A stretch of 59,105 bases of DNA, taken from positions 1 through 59,105 of the forward strand of contig CAVIIZ010000004.1 of assembly GCA_963642995.1 (NCBI GenBank). The letters run 5' to 3'. A model generated the notes under the pieces. It saw only the letters and a list, made by a program, of their open reading frames with translations, made no database searches and had not been told where the DNA came from. This stretch comes from a bacterium (lineage in GTDB: Bacteria; Actinomycetota; Coriobacteriia; Coriobacteriales; QAMH01). Shown here piece after piece: positions 8,186 through 16,146 of the stretch (position 1 is the stretch's first letter; each line of letters opens with the position of its first letter). Made by a program: the position numbers and the translations under genes.

Positions 8186-8860
8186 CTACATGCTCCACAT
8201 ATAGCCGACGCCGCGCACGGTTTCCAGCCGAACGGCAAGCTGGGCGCCGAGTTTGGCGCGCACGCGGCGCACGTGCACGTCCACGGTGCGCGACCCGCCG
8301 TAGTAGTCGAAGCCCCACACGCGCGAGAGCAGCACGTCGCGGGAGAAGACGTGGCCGGGGTGCGTGACGAGGAAGGCGAGCAGCGCGTATTCCAGATAGG
8401 TGAAGTCCACCGGCTCGCCGTCCACCTTCACCTGGTAGGTGGACAAGTTGATGGACATGCCGTCGACGGAGATGTGGTCGCTTGCCGCGCTGGACTGGCC
8501 GGGCCACAGCAGGCGGCGCAGGCGCACGCCCAGCTCGTCGGGATCGGGCGGGCAGACGATGAAGTCGGCGCGGCTGCAGGCGGGCAGGCGCAGGTGCGCC
8601 ACGCACTCGCGCGGCACGCAGAACAGGGCGGCCAGGCCCGGATGCGCGTCGAGCATCTTCTCGACGGCGACGGCGGCCTTCTCGAGCGTTTGCGCAGACG
8701 GCGCGCACACGATGCAGTCCACCCGGGCGGCGACGGCCTCCGCATCCGAGCTGCGGCACGTGGAAAACTCCGCGTCGAGCGCGGCGACGGCGCCCGCATA
8801 CGGCGCGGGACTCGCCGCGCCGGCCTGCACCAGGGCGACTCGCTTGCGTTGTCCGTCCAT
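8186..8860 (-). CDS. OmpR/PhoB-family winged-helix transcription regulator with degenerate (pseudo-)receiver domain; GlnR-like by context
   Basis: C-terminal INLSTYQVKVDGEPVDFTYLEYALLAFLVTHPGHVFSRDVLLSRVWGFDYYGGSRTVDVHVRRVRAKLG..VRGVGY is a trans_reg_C-type wHTH. The N-terminal half lacks the acidic pocket and acceptor Asp. Start ATG 8860 (MDGQRKR..) lies 29 nt after the glnA stop. Confidence 0.85.
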   Translation of the reverse strand: MDGQRKRVALVQAGAASPAPYAGAVAALDAEFSTCRSSDAEAVAARVDCIVCAPSAQTLEKAAVAVEKMLDAHPGLAALFCVPRECVAHLRLPACSRADFIVCPPDPDELGVRLRRLLWPGQSSAASDHISVDGMSINLSTYQVKVDGEPVDFTYLEYALLAFLVTHPGHVFSRDVLLSRVWGFDYYGGSRTVDVHVRRVRAKLGAQLAVRLETVRGVGYMWSM

Positions 8861-8889
8861 CTCCGCCTCTTCCCTTCCTCGAAAACCCC

Positions 8890-10233
8890 TCAAAGCCTCG
8901 GATAGAGCCGGTCGAGCTCGAAGGGGGTGACCTGGGCGCGGTAGCGCTCCCAGACGGCGCGCTTGTTGGCCACGATGTAGCGGTGCATGTCCTCGCCGAG
9001 CACCTCCTTCATCAGCTGCGAGCCCTCGAAGGCGTCGATGGCCTGCCCGAGGTCCTGCGGCAGCAGCTCGTATCCGGCCTCGCGCAGCTGCCCTGCCGTC
9101 ATCTGCGAGATGTCCGCCTCGTTTTGCGCGGGCAGCGCAAGGCCGTCCTCGACGCCCTTCAACCCGGCGCCCAGCAGCACGGCGAAGGCGAGGTAGGGGT
9201 TGCAGGCCGAATCGGGGCTGCGCAACTCGAAGCGCGCCGAGGCCGCCTTGCCCGGCTTGTAGCTGGGCACGCGCACGAGGGCGCTGCGGTCGCGGCCGCC
9301 CCAGTTCACGCAGGTGGGCGCTTCGTATCCGGGCACGAGGCGCTTGTAGGAGTTCACGAACTGGTTGGTGACGAGCGTGTATTCGGGCGCATACGCCAAA
9401 AGGCCCGCCAGGTAGCGTTTTGCCAGCTCGGAGAGCCCCAGGCCCAGCGGGTCGGCCGCGTCGTGGAAGGCGTTCTCGCCGTCCGCGAACAGCGACTGGT
9501 GCACGTGCATGCCCGAACCCGGCTGGTCGGCGAGCGGCTTTGGCATGAAGCTCGCGTAGACTCCGTGGCGCGCGGCCACCTCCTTCACCACGAGGCGGTA
9601 GGTCATCACGGCGTCTGCCATGGACAGCGCATCGGAAAAGCGCAGGTCGATCTCTTGCTGGCTCGGGGCTATCTCGTGATGCGAGTACTCGACGGGTATG
9701 CCCATCTTCTCCAGGGTGAGTATCGTGTCGCGGCGCAGGTCGCTGCCGGAATCGAGCGGGGTGAGGTCGAAGTAGCCGCCGCGGTCGATGGGCACGGGCG
9801 CGACATCGTCTTCGAAATAGAAGTACTCGACTTCAGGGCCCACGTTGAACTCGTAGCCCGCCTCGGCGGCCTTCTTCAGCATGCGGCGCAAGACGAAGCG
9901 CGGGTCGCCTTCGAAGGGGGCGCCGTCCGGGCTGTAGATGGAGCAGAACATGCGCGCCACGCCGTCGGTGGACGGGCGCCAGGGCAGCACCTGGAAGGTG
10001 GAGGCGTCGGGCACGGCCAGCATGTCGCTTTCGGTCTCGCGCGCAAAGCCCTCGACGGACGCGCCGTCGAAACCCATGCCCTCGCAAAACGCGGACTCGA
10101 GCTCGCTTGGGGTGATGGCAAAGGACTTCATCTGGCCGAGCACGTCGGTGAACCACAGGCGGATGAAGTGGATGTTGCGCTCGTGGACGCTTTTCAGCAC
10201 GTAGTCGCGGTCTGCCGCGTTGGATTCAAACAT
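8890..10233 (-). CDS. glnA: Glutamine synthetase, type I (short GSI-alpha-like form, 447 aa)
   Basis: Family-typical sequence throughout (..FIRLWFTDVLGQ.., ..GSGMHVHQSL.., ..NPYLAFA..). Start set to ATG 10233 (MFESNAAD..). The longer track start adds 29 non-conserved residues. Confidence 0.95.
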   Translation of the reverse strand: MFESNAADRDYVLKSVHERNIHFIRLWFTDVLGQMKSFAITPSELESAFCEGMGFDGASVEGFARETESDMLAVPDASTFQVLPWRPSTDGVARMFCSIYSPDGAPFEGDPRFVLRRMLKKAAEAGYEFNVGPEVEYFYFEDDVAPVPIDRGGYFDLTPLDSGSDLRRDTILTLEKMGIPVEYSHHEIAPSQQEIDLRFSDALSMADAVMTYRLVVKEVAARHGVYASFMPKPLADQPGSGMHVHQSLFADGENAFHDAADPLGLGLSELAKRYLAGLLAYAPEYTLVTNQFVNSYKRLVPGYEAPTCVNWGGRDRSALVRVPSYKPGKAASARFELRSPDSACNPYLAFAVLLGAGLKGVEDGLALPAQNEADISQMTAGQLREAGYELLPQDLGQAIDAFEGSQLMKEVLGEDMHRYIVANKRAVWERYRAQVTPFELDRLYPRL

Positions 10234-10319
10234 TGCCTCGCCGAAACCTCCCTGCCTGCACGATGCGAAAAACCTACCACGGCCCGCACGGGGCGCGCGT
10301 TGGAAAGATAGCGCGCCCA

Positions 10320-10337
10320 TGTGAACGGCAGGTTACA
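10320..10337. promoter_or_regulatory. Imperfect dyad TGTGAAC-N5-GTTACA in the glnA / ferredoxin divergent region (candidate operator)
   Basis: Read directly: tgtgaacggcaggttaca. It lies 87-104 nt upstream of the glnA ATG and about 97-114 nt upstream of the ferredoxin-gene ATG. Confidence 0.35.
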
Positions 10338-10433
10338 CGCAATCCCGTCTGCGCGCCCGCCCGCAAGCCCGCCCGGGCGCGCGGCGGCGATGTCGCGCGC
10401 AAAAGGGTGCGTGCAAGCCGTATACTCTCGCGC

Positions 10434-11579
10434 ATGGCGAAAATCGACCAGATAGAGGCGGTGAGCGACAAGCTCGCCGAGACGACCATCAAGGTGCTGC
10501 CGCACCGTTGCCTGTACATGCGCAACTGGAACTCGAAATGCCGCGCGTGCCTGAACGCGTGCCGCCACGACGCGGTGGCGCGCTCGATGGGCCACATAAA
10601 GATAGACGACGCGTCATGCACGGACTGCGGGGCGTGCGTGTCGGCGTGCCCCACCTCGAGCATGCTCAGCTCGGCGCCGGACGCGGGCTCCATCGTGAGA
10701 AGCGCGCAGGCCTCGGCTGCCGCGTGCGGGGGCAACGCCTTGTTCATGTGCGCGCGCGACGCGGCCGCCACCAGCATCGACACGAGCCGCGTGGTCGTGC
10801 TGCCGTGCCTGGACTACCTCGACGAGTACCTGCTGGCAGGCCTTTTCGCCTACGGGGTGAAGGCCGCGACCCTCATGCGGACCGGCTGCGGGGAATGCGA
10901 GCTGAACGGGCCGGCGCCGCGCTTCGAGCAGATGGTGGGCGAGCTGCGCGAGCTGTTCGAGCTGTGGGGCGTCGAGGGCACATTGCGCCTGACGAAGAAA
11001 GTCCCCGAGGCGCTCGTGGTGAAGCACCGGGAGCGCGTGGCCAACGTGGGCGGCGTGGGCAGGCGCGACGCGTTCAAGGACGCGGGCAACCAGGTCGTGG
11101 GCTTCATCACCCAGGCCGTGAGCGAAAGCGTGGACAGGCACGCGGGCAAGACGCCGACGAGGAAGAGAGACGAGCGCGTGATCGTGCGCATGGAGGAGCG
11201 CTTCGACGTGGGCACCTACCGCTCGGCGCGGCTTCTGAAGATGCTCGACCGCATCGGGACGCGCCCGCGCGGCAAGTGCGTGGAGAGCCGCTTTTGGGCA
11301 GATTTGTCCATCGACGAGGCGCGTTGCCGCTACTGCGGGATGTGCGCCCAGAACTGCATCACGCAGGCCCTGCGCTTTGCCCAAGACGACGAGAAGGCCG
11401 GCACGCTCGTCTTCCAGCCCGCGAAATGCGTCGGCTGCCGGCTGTGCCGCGACGCGTGCCTGTCGCATGCCATGGTCTACAGCACGACGGTGAAGGCAGA
11501 CGACCTCGACGAGGGCGTGGTGAAGGTGCTCTACGAGGACAAGAAGGACCCGCTGCTGAACCCGCTGCTGCCGAGATAG
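10434..11579 (+). CDS. 4Fe-4S dicluster domain protein (two ferredoxin-like modules flanking a ~200-aa central region)
   Basis: CTDCGACVSACP, CRYCGMCAQNC and CVGCRLCRDAC motifs plus an atypical N-terminal C-x10-CxxCxxxC. Start set to ATG 10434 (MAKIDQIEAV..). The track start adds an R-rich leader that overlaps the glnA start. Confidence 0.85.
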   Translation: MAKIDQIEAVSDKLAETTIKVLPHRCLYMRNWNSKCRACLNACRHDAVARSMGHIKIDDASCTDCGACVSACPTSSMLSSAPDAGSIVRSAQASAAACGGNALFMCARDAAATSIDTSRVVVLPCLDYLDEYLLAGLFAYGVKAATLMRTGCGECELNGPAPRFEQMVGELRELFELWGVEGTLRLTKKVPEALVVKHRERVANVGGVGRRDAFKDAGNQVVGFITQAVSESVDRHAGKTPTRKRDERVIVRMEERFDVGTYRSARLLKMLDRIGTRPRGKCVESRFWADLSIDEARCRYCGMCAQNCITQALRFAQDDEKAGTLVFQPAKCVGCRLCRDACLSHAMVYSTTVKADDLDEGVVKVLYEDKKDPLLNPLLPR

Positions 11580-11707
11580 CGGGCAAGGCGCGCCGCAGAC
11601 GATGCGGGAAAGGCTTCGGTGGCTCACGCAAAGCCCGAAGGGCCGTTTGCCGTGGTGTACAATGCGAACGCGTGCGAAGAGCAAATCCGGGAAAAGGGAG
11701 CATCCAA

Positions 11708-12304
11708 ATGGCCGCATCCGAGCAAGGACATCCGAAGACTTCCAAGAAAGCGGTGCTGTTGTCTGCAATTGCAGTTGTCATCGCCGTCGTCGTCGCCGTG
11801 GGGGCAATGCTGACGACCTCGCCGGAGCACGACGCGGACGCGAAAGACATCAAGGACACGTATTACGAATACAACGACCACGGCTGGATACTCAGGGCAT
11901 GCGTCTACGACGACGGGGTCAGCGGCTTCATCGAGTTCAAAGAGGGTATGGAAATAGAGTTGAGCCATGCGTACAACCAGAAGAACAAGTTGACGAGCAT
12001 CGGCGGAACGGCCTTGAAAGACATCGTCAAGTTCAAGGGCGGGGGGTACGTCGAGAGCTTCTTCTTCACAAGAGACGATGCTCTTTGGCATTGGAGCAGG
12101 ATTATCGGCAAGGACATGGAGCTGGTGCTTCACGCGAATGCGAAGGGAAGCGGAAACGCCCACGTCAAATTCGTGGAGATGAACGACGATTCGCACGAGA
12201 TGAGCATATCGGGCGATTCGCTTGAAGAGCACAGCGTCGGAAACGCCTATTTCGACTCTGCCAAAGGCGCTGCGGGGGTGAAGAGGATCGAGTGGTACTC
12301 GTAG
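11708..12304 (+). CDS. Hypothetical membrane-anchored protein (N-terminal TM helix, ~150-aa extracytoplasmic domain), low GC
   Basis: 3' part of track ORF 10508..12304. ATG 11708 is preceded by AAGGGAG. The TM helix is AVLLSAIAVVIAVVVAVGAML. The K/N/Y/E-rich body and lower G+C contrast with the neighbours. Confidence 0.7.
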   Translation: MAASEQGHPKTSKKAVLLSAIAVVIAVVVAVGAMLTTSPEHDADAKDIKDTYYEYNDHGWILRACVYDDGVSGFIEFKEGMEIELSHAYNQKNKLTSIGGTALKDIVKFKGGGYVESFFFTRDDALWHWSRIIGKDMELVLHANAKGSGNAHVKFVEMNDDSHEMSISGDSLEEHSVGNAYFDSAKGAAGVKRIEWYS

Positions 12305-12388
12305 GGAAAGAGGGCAGTTCCGACAGAAGTTCACTTGAGACGAGGACCAAACGCGGCGTCGTGAACCTGGTCTTCGACAAAAACTTGG

Positions 12389-13216
12389 CTACCTGCAGGC
12401 GTTCGGCAAAGTAGAAGTTCTACTACGACGACGGGCGGGGAGATAGCAGTCGTAGCGGACGGCCTTGCCGGATAGGGAGTAGTCGGGTTTTCTGCCCGCC
12501 AGCGGCGCGCCCTTGGCCGGGCGCTTCACCACGATTTTCCTCGGGCCGGCCGCAAACGCGGCATCGAGCAAGGCCTCCTCGTCGCCGCCGTCGCAGGGCG
12601 CCTCCAGGCGCTGCAGGAGCTGGAACTTCTTCTTCACCGCCGCGCTCTTGCGGCGGGCGGGGAACATGGGGTCGAGCACGACGACGTCCGGCGGCGCGTC
12701 GAGGTGGCGCATCGCGGGGATGCTGTCGCGTTCGTGCAGGCGCATGCGCGAGGCGGCCTCGCACAGGACGGGATCGCCCGACGCCCGCCCGAGCGCATCG
12801 GAGAGAAGCGCCGCGATCGTCGGGTCGCGTTCGTAGAGGTCCACCGTGAAGCCGGCCGCCGCCAAGAGGAACGAATCCTCGCCCAAGCCGGCCGTCGCGT
12901 CGAGCGCCGACAGCGGCCTGCCGCACCCCTTCACCTTCGCCGCGCGCACCACGAGCTCGCCTTGCAGGCGTCCGGAGCGCATGCGACAGGCGAGATGCGA
13001 GAAGCCGGCGCGCAGCTCGAGGACGCCGTCTGTGAGGAAGAGGCCGTTTCCGTCGCGTTCGAGGCGGGGCGCGCCGCCGGCTTGGGAGACGTCCTTGCCG
13101 CCGGCACGAAAGGAGGCGAGGCCGCAGCCGGGGGCTGCGACGGCTCCCTGCGGCACATGCACGCGCGCCCCGCAGCCTCTCCCGCCGCCCGCATCGAACG
13201 CCTCCCCCGCCGGCAT
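12389..13216 (-). CDS. rsmJ: Class I SAM-dependent methyltransferase, RsmJ (16S rRNA m2G1516) family
   Basis: ..LDATAGLGEDSFLLAAAGFTVDLYERDPTIAALL.. and ..VVLDPMFPARRKSAAVKKKFQ..IVVKRPAKGAPL.. match E. coli RsmJ/YhiQ motifs. The start is uncertain. ATG 13216 was chosen because it lies 7 nt after the cysK stop, and the longer track ORF overlaps cysK. Confidence 0.75.
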   Translation of the reverse strand: MPAGEAFDAGGGRGCGARVHVPQGAVAAPGCGLASFRAGGKDVSQAGGAPRLERDGNGLFLTDGVLELRAGFSHLACRMRSGRLQGELVVRAAKVKGCGRPLSALDATAGLGEDSFLLAAAGFTVDLYERDPTIAALLSDALGRASGDPVLCEAASRMRLHERDSIPAMRHLDAPPDVVVLDPMFPARRKSAAVKKKFQLLQRLEAPCDGGDEEALLDAAFAAGPRKIVVKRPAKGAPLAGRKPDYSLSGKAVRYDCYLPARRRSRTSTLPNACR

Positions 13217-13223
13217 GCGCACC

Positions 13224-14138
13224 CTAGTCGTCGAAGTCGAGCATGGACAGGTAGCGCTCGCCGGTGTCGGGCAGCAAGGCGACGATGTTCTCGCCCGCGA
13301 ACTCGTCGCGGCACGCCAGGCGCGCCGCGGCCTCGGCGGCGGCACCTGCCGAGATGCCGACGAAGATGCCCTGCTCGCGCGCGAGGCGCTTCTGGCGCTC
13401 CATGGCCTCGTCGCTGGAGACGTGCACGACCTCGTCGTAGATGCCCCGGTCGAGGATGTCGGGGACGAAGCCGGCCATGATGCCCTGGATCTTGTGCGCG
13501 CCGTGCGGGCCGCCCTCGAGCACGCGCGACTCGTCGGGCTCGACGGCAAACACCTTCACCTGCGGGTCTTGCTCGCGCAGGTACTTGGCCGTGCCCGTGA
13601 GCGTGCCGCCCGTGCCGACACCTGCCACGAATGCCGCGACCTCGCCGTCCGTGTCGCGCCAGATTTCCGGGCCGGTCGTCTTGTAGTGGGCCTCGACGTT
13701 CACCTCGTTCACGAACTGCCCGGGTGCGAAGCTGTTGGGGGTGGCCGCGAGCAGCTTGGCGGCCTCCTCGTTTGCCTGCGGCACGCCGCCGTCCACGAGG
13801 CGCAGCTCGGCGCCGTAGGCCGAGATGAGCTTGCGGCGCTCGACGGACATGGAGGCGGGCATGAAGATGATGGTCTTCAGGCCGTAGGCCGCGCCTATCA
13901 TGGCAAGGCCGACGCCCGTGTTGCCGGAAGTGGACTCGATGATGGCGGTGTCGGAGTCTATCTCGCCTTTCTCCAGCCCGTCGTCGATGATGGCCTTCGC
14001 GACGCGGTCTTTCACCGAGCCGCCGGGATTCGTGTACTCGAGCTTGCCGAAAACCCGCGCCTTGCCGCCCACCGCCAACTCTATGAGCGGCGTGTTGCCG
14101 ACGAGCTCGTCGATGCGCTTGAGTGCCTTCACTGCCAT
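13224..14138 (-). CDS. cysK: Cysteine synthase A (O-acetylserine sulfhydrylase)
   Basis: ..GNTPLIEL..NPGGSVKDR..SGNTG.. PLP-enzyme motifs. Start ATG 14138 (MAVKALKRIDEL..) is preceded by AAGGTGAGGG. Confidence 0.95.
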   Translation of the reverse strand: MAVKALKRIDELVGNTPLIELAVGGKARVFGKLEYTNPGGSVKDRVAKAIIDDGLEKGEIDSDTAIIESTSGNTGVGLAMIGAAYGLKTIIFMPASMSVERRKLISAYGAELRLVDGGVPQANEEAAKLLAATPNSFAPGQFVNEVNVEAHYKTTGPEIWRDTDGEVAAFVAGVGTGGTLTGTAKYLREQDPQVKVFAVEPDESRVLEGGPHGAHKIQGIMAGFVPDILDRGIYDEVVHVSSDEAMERQKRLAREQGIFVGISAGAAAEAAARLACRDEFAGENIVALLPDTGERYLSMLDFDD

Positions 14139-14294
14139 GTCCCTCACCTTTCCCTTGCCCGGCGCCGTCGCGCACGGAAAGCAGAATCCGCGCCTCAGCC
14201 CGGGCGCGTCGTTGCCGAACCGTCTTCGCGCACGCGAGCCGAGCCGAATGCCGTATGCGCGCCTCCGGCCTCTCCTCGCCGGGGGCATCTCGCG

Positions 14295-14353
14295 CATTAT
14301 TTGCCCCGCGCCGCGTTGTGTCAAGAAAATTCCTAGTATATTGATAGGAATTT
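14295..14353 (-). promoter_or_regulatory. cysK promoter (TTGACA-N18-ATAATG) with an adjacent 27-bp palindrome AAATTCCTA-N9-TAGGAATTT
   Basis: Plus strand: cattat 14295-14300 (-10), tgtcaa 14319-14324 (-35), perfect 9-bp inverted arms at 14327-14335 and 14345-14353. This leaves a leader of about 150 nt to the cysK ATG. Confidence 0.55.
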
Positions 14354-14437
14354 AACATGGAATGCTCCGAAGCCGCCCCTCGCACAAGCCGCCGGGAGCG
14401 GCCGAGGTGAAGAGGCGCGGGGGACAGGGCCTTTCCT

Positions 14438-15877
14438 TCACAAAGCCGAAAGCTCGCGCACCTGCGCCCACAGACCGCCGGGCAGCTCGCCTGCCGCCGC
14501 ATCGGCCTTCTCGCCCATGCCGTGCGCCGCGAGGAAGAGACGGCCGCGCGCATCCTTTGCCAGCGAAAGCCCCGCCACGCCCGTCTTGGAGCGGTAGGGC
14601 TTGGACATGCCGCCGTCGATGCAGATGAAACGCCCGTCGCACTTCACGGGGTCCTCGCCGTCCTTCACCTTGACCGGCACGTGCCCGCAGACGATGCGCG
14701 AGCGGCCTGCGTCCATGCCGAAGTCCTCGAAGATGCGCCCGAGCACCTGCGCGTCGGCGCACAAGGTGTAGAAGGGGTTCTTCTCCTCTGCGCGCGCAGC
14801 CTTGTCGGCCACGTAGTACAGCTCGAAGGTGGCCATCTTGGATTTTGCGAACAGCGGCGAGCCCGGGCCTAGCCACAGGTACCACAGCAAATCGAGCCCG
14901 CGGCGACGCTCCTCGGGCCCGGCCGCGTCGAAGGCGGCGCGCACCTGCGCGTCCACGGCGTCGAAGAGCGCGCGGCCCCGATAGCGCCGGCCGAACAGCT
15001 CGACTTCCCGCAGCTGCCCGTCGGCGTCCAGGGGCACGCAGGCATGGAAGAGCAGCAAGTCGCCGCAGATCTTGTAGAGGGAACCCCGGTCGAGGAAAAC
15101 GCGGATGTGGCGCTGGAGCTTCTCGCAGCCGGTGAAGGCGGCCACGAGCGCGTCGAGTGCCTCCTGCTCGCCGGCGCTCAAGCGGCAGGGGTCGGACGCG
15201 TCCACCGTGGGAAAAACGGGGTCGAGCAGCTCGTGGACACGTCCATCGATCTCCACCGTGCCGTGCGCGAAATCGACACGCGCGAGCAGGTCGCGGCCGG
15301 CCAGGCCGAAAGAGGGGTTGCGCGCGATGAGGGCGGCCTCGACTTTGAACTGGATGATGGCCATGGCCTTCTGGATTTTCACGTGGCGCACGGCCTCGGC
15401 ATCCGGCAACGCGGGCGAGCCTTTCAACCCGAAGGCCGCGCACGGGTCGTCCGCATAGGCGGACAAGGCGAACCCGGACAGCGCGGACAGGTCGACGCCG
15501 TACGTGTCCTCGAGCACCGAGAGGTTGCCGTAGCGCGCGCAGATGCGCACCACATGCGCGATGCAGCTCGGGTGGCCTGCCGCCGCGCCCATCCACACGA
15601 TGTCGTGGTTGCCCCACTGGATATCGGCGTCCGGCGCCGCGGCGAGCATGTCCATGACCGCGTCGGGCGCAGGCCCTCGGTCGTAGACGTCGCCCACGAA
15701 GTGCAAGGCGCCCAGGCCGCCGTCGCAGGAACAGACGCTGTCCACGACGCGCGAGGCCTGCTCGTACTCGCCGTGTATGTCCGAGAGGAACAGCTCGGCC
15801 GGCCCTTCGAAGGGCGCCGGGGCAGGGTCTCCCTCCCCGCTTGCGCGCAGCCGCGTGTCCACTGCCGTCTTCGCCAT
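14438..15877 (-). CDS. fbp: Fructose-1,6-bisphosphatase class III (compact ~480-aa variant)
   Basis: SDIHGEY, GDVYDRGP, IQWGNHD, RICARYGNL, GHVPVK and CIDGG motifs of the Fbp/YydE metallophosphoesterase family. Start uncertain: ATG 15877 was chosen (GAGGAG 9 nt upstream). Alternatives are ATG 15886 and GTG 15961. Confidence 0.85.
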   Translation of the reverse strand: MAKTAVDTRLRASGEGDPAPAPFEGPAELFLSDIHGEYEQASRVVDSVCSCDGGLGALHFVGDVYDRGPAPDAVMDMLAAAPDADIQWGNHDIVWMGAAAGHPSCIAHVVRICARYGNLSVLEDTYGVDLSALSGFALSAYADDPCAAFGLKGSPALPDAEAVRHVKIQKAMAIIQFKVEAALIARNPSFGLAGRDLLARVDFAHGTVEIDGRVHELLDPVFPTVDASDPCRLSAGEQEALDALVAAFTGCEKLQRHIRVFLDRGSLYKICGDLLLFHACVPLDADGQLREVELFGRRYRGRALFDAVDAQVRAAFDAAGPEERRRGLDLLWYLWLGPGSPLFAKSKMATFELYYVADKAARAEEKNPFYTLCADAQVLGRIFEDFGMDAGRSRIVCGHVPVKVKDGEDPVKCDGRFICIDGGMSKPYRSKTGVAGLSLAKDARGRLFLAAHGMGEKADAAAGELPGGLWAQVRELSAL

Positions 15878-16146
15878 CTTCACCATCTCCTCTATCGTCG
15901 AAGCTGCGCCGTCGCGTCCGTTGCCGCAAGCCGTGCAGCCCGCGCGTCGCCGTATCGCCACATTCTAGCGAAGCGATGCGCCGTATACTCGAAGGCGGTC
16001 TTTCCGCGCGCCTGGGCCGAGGGGCGCACGGGCGACGGGCGAAGGCGCGACGAGGCGCCCCGCGCGCAGAAAACGCACATTGCGAAGAAAACGGGAAAGG
16101 CGTACGGCGCGCGCAGATGAAAGGCGCGGCACGTGAAAGGACGCAC

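Noticed and set aside
6479-8367. 563-aa minus and 614-aa plus ORFs overlapping the NSS transporter
   Set aside because: These are alternative and antisense frames of a gene with an unmistakable NSS signature (GLGNVWRFPY) in the 6631..8067 frame. Both are R/H/G-rich.
12305-12440. YD-repeat-like peptide (KFYYDDGRG) downstream of the low-GC gene, considered as a decayed continuation of that gene
   Set aside because: It is separated by stops in all plus frames and lies antisense to the well-supported 3' end of the rsmJ-like gene, so it is most likely coincidental.
14139-14294. Known riboswitch (SAM, T-box and others) in the ~150-nt cysK leader
   Set aside because: I could not recognise any conserved riboswitch core sequence by eye. 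It is left as an unexplained leader to be scanned with Infernal.
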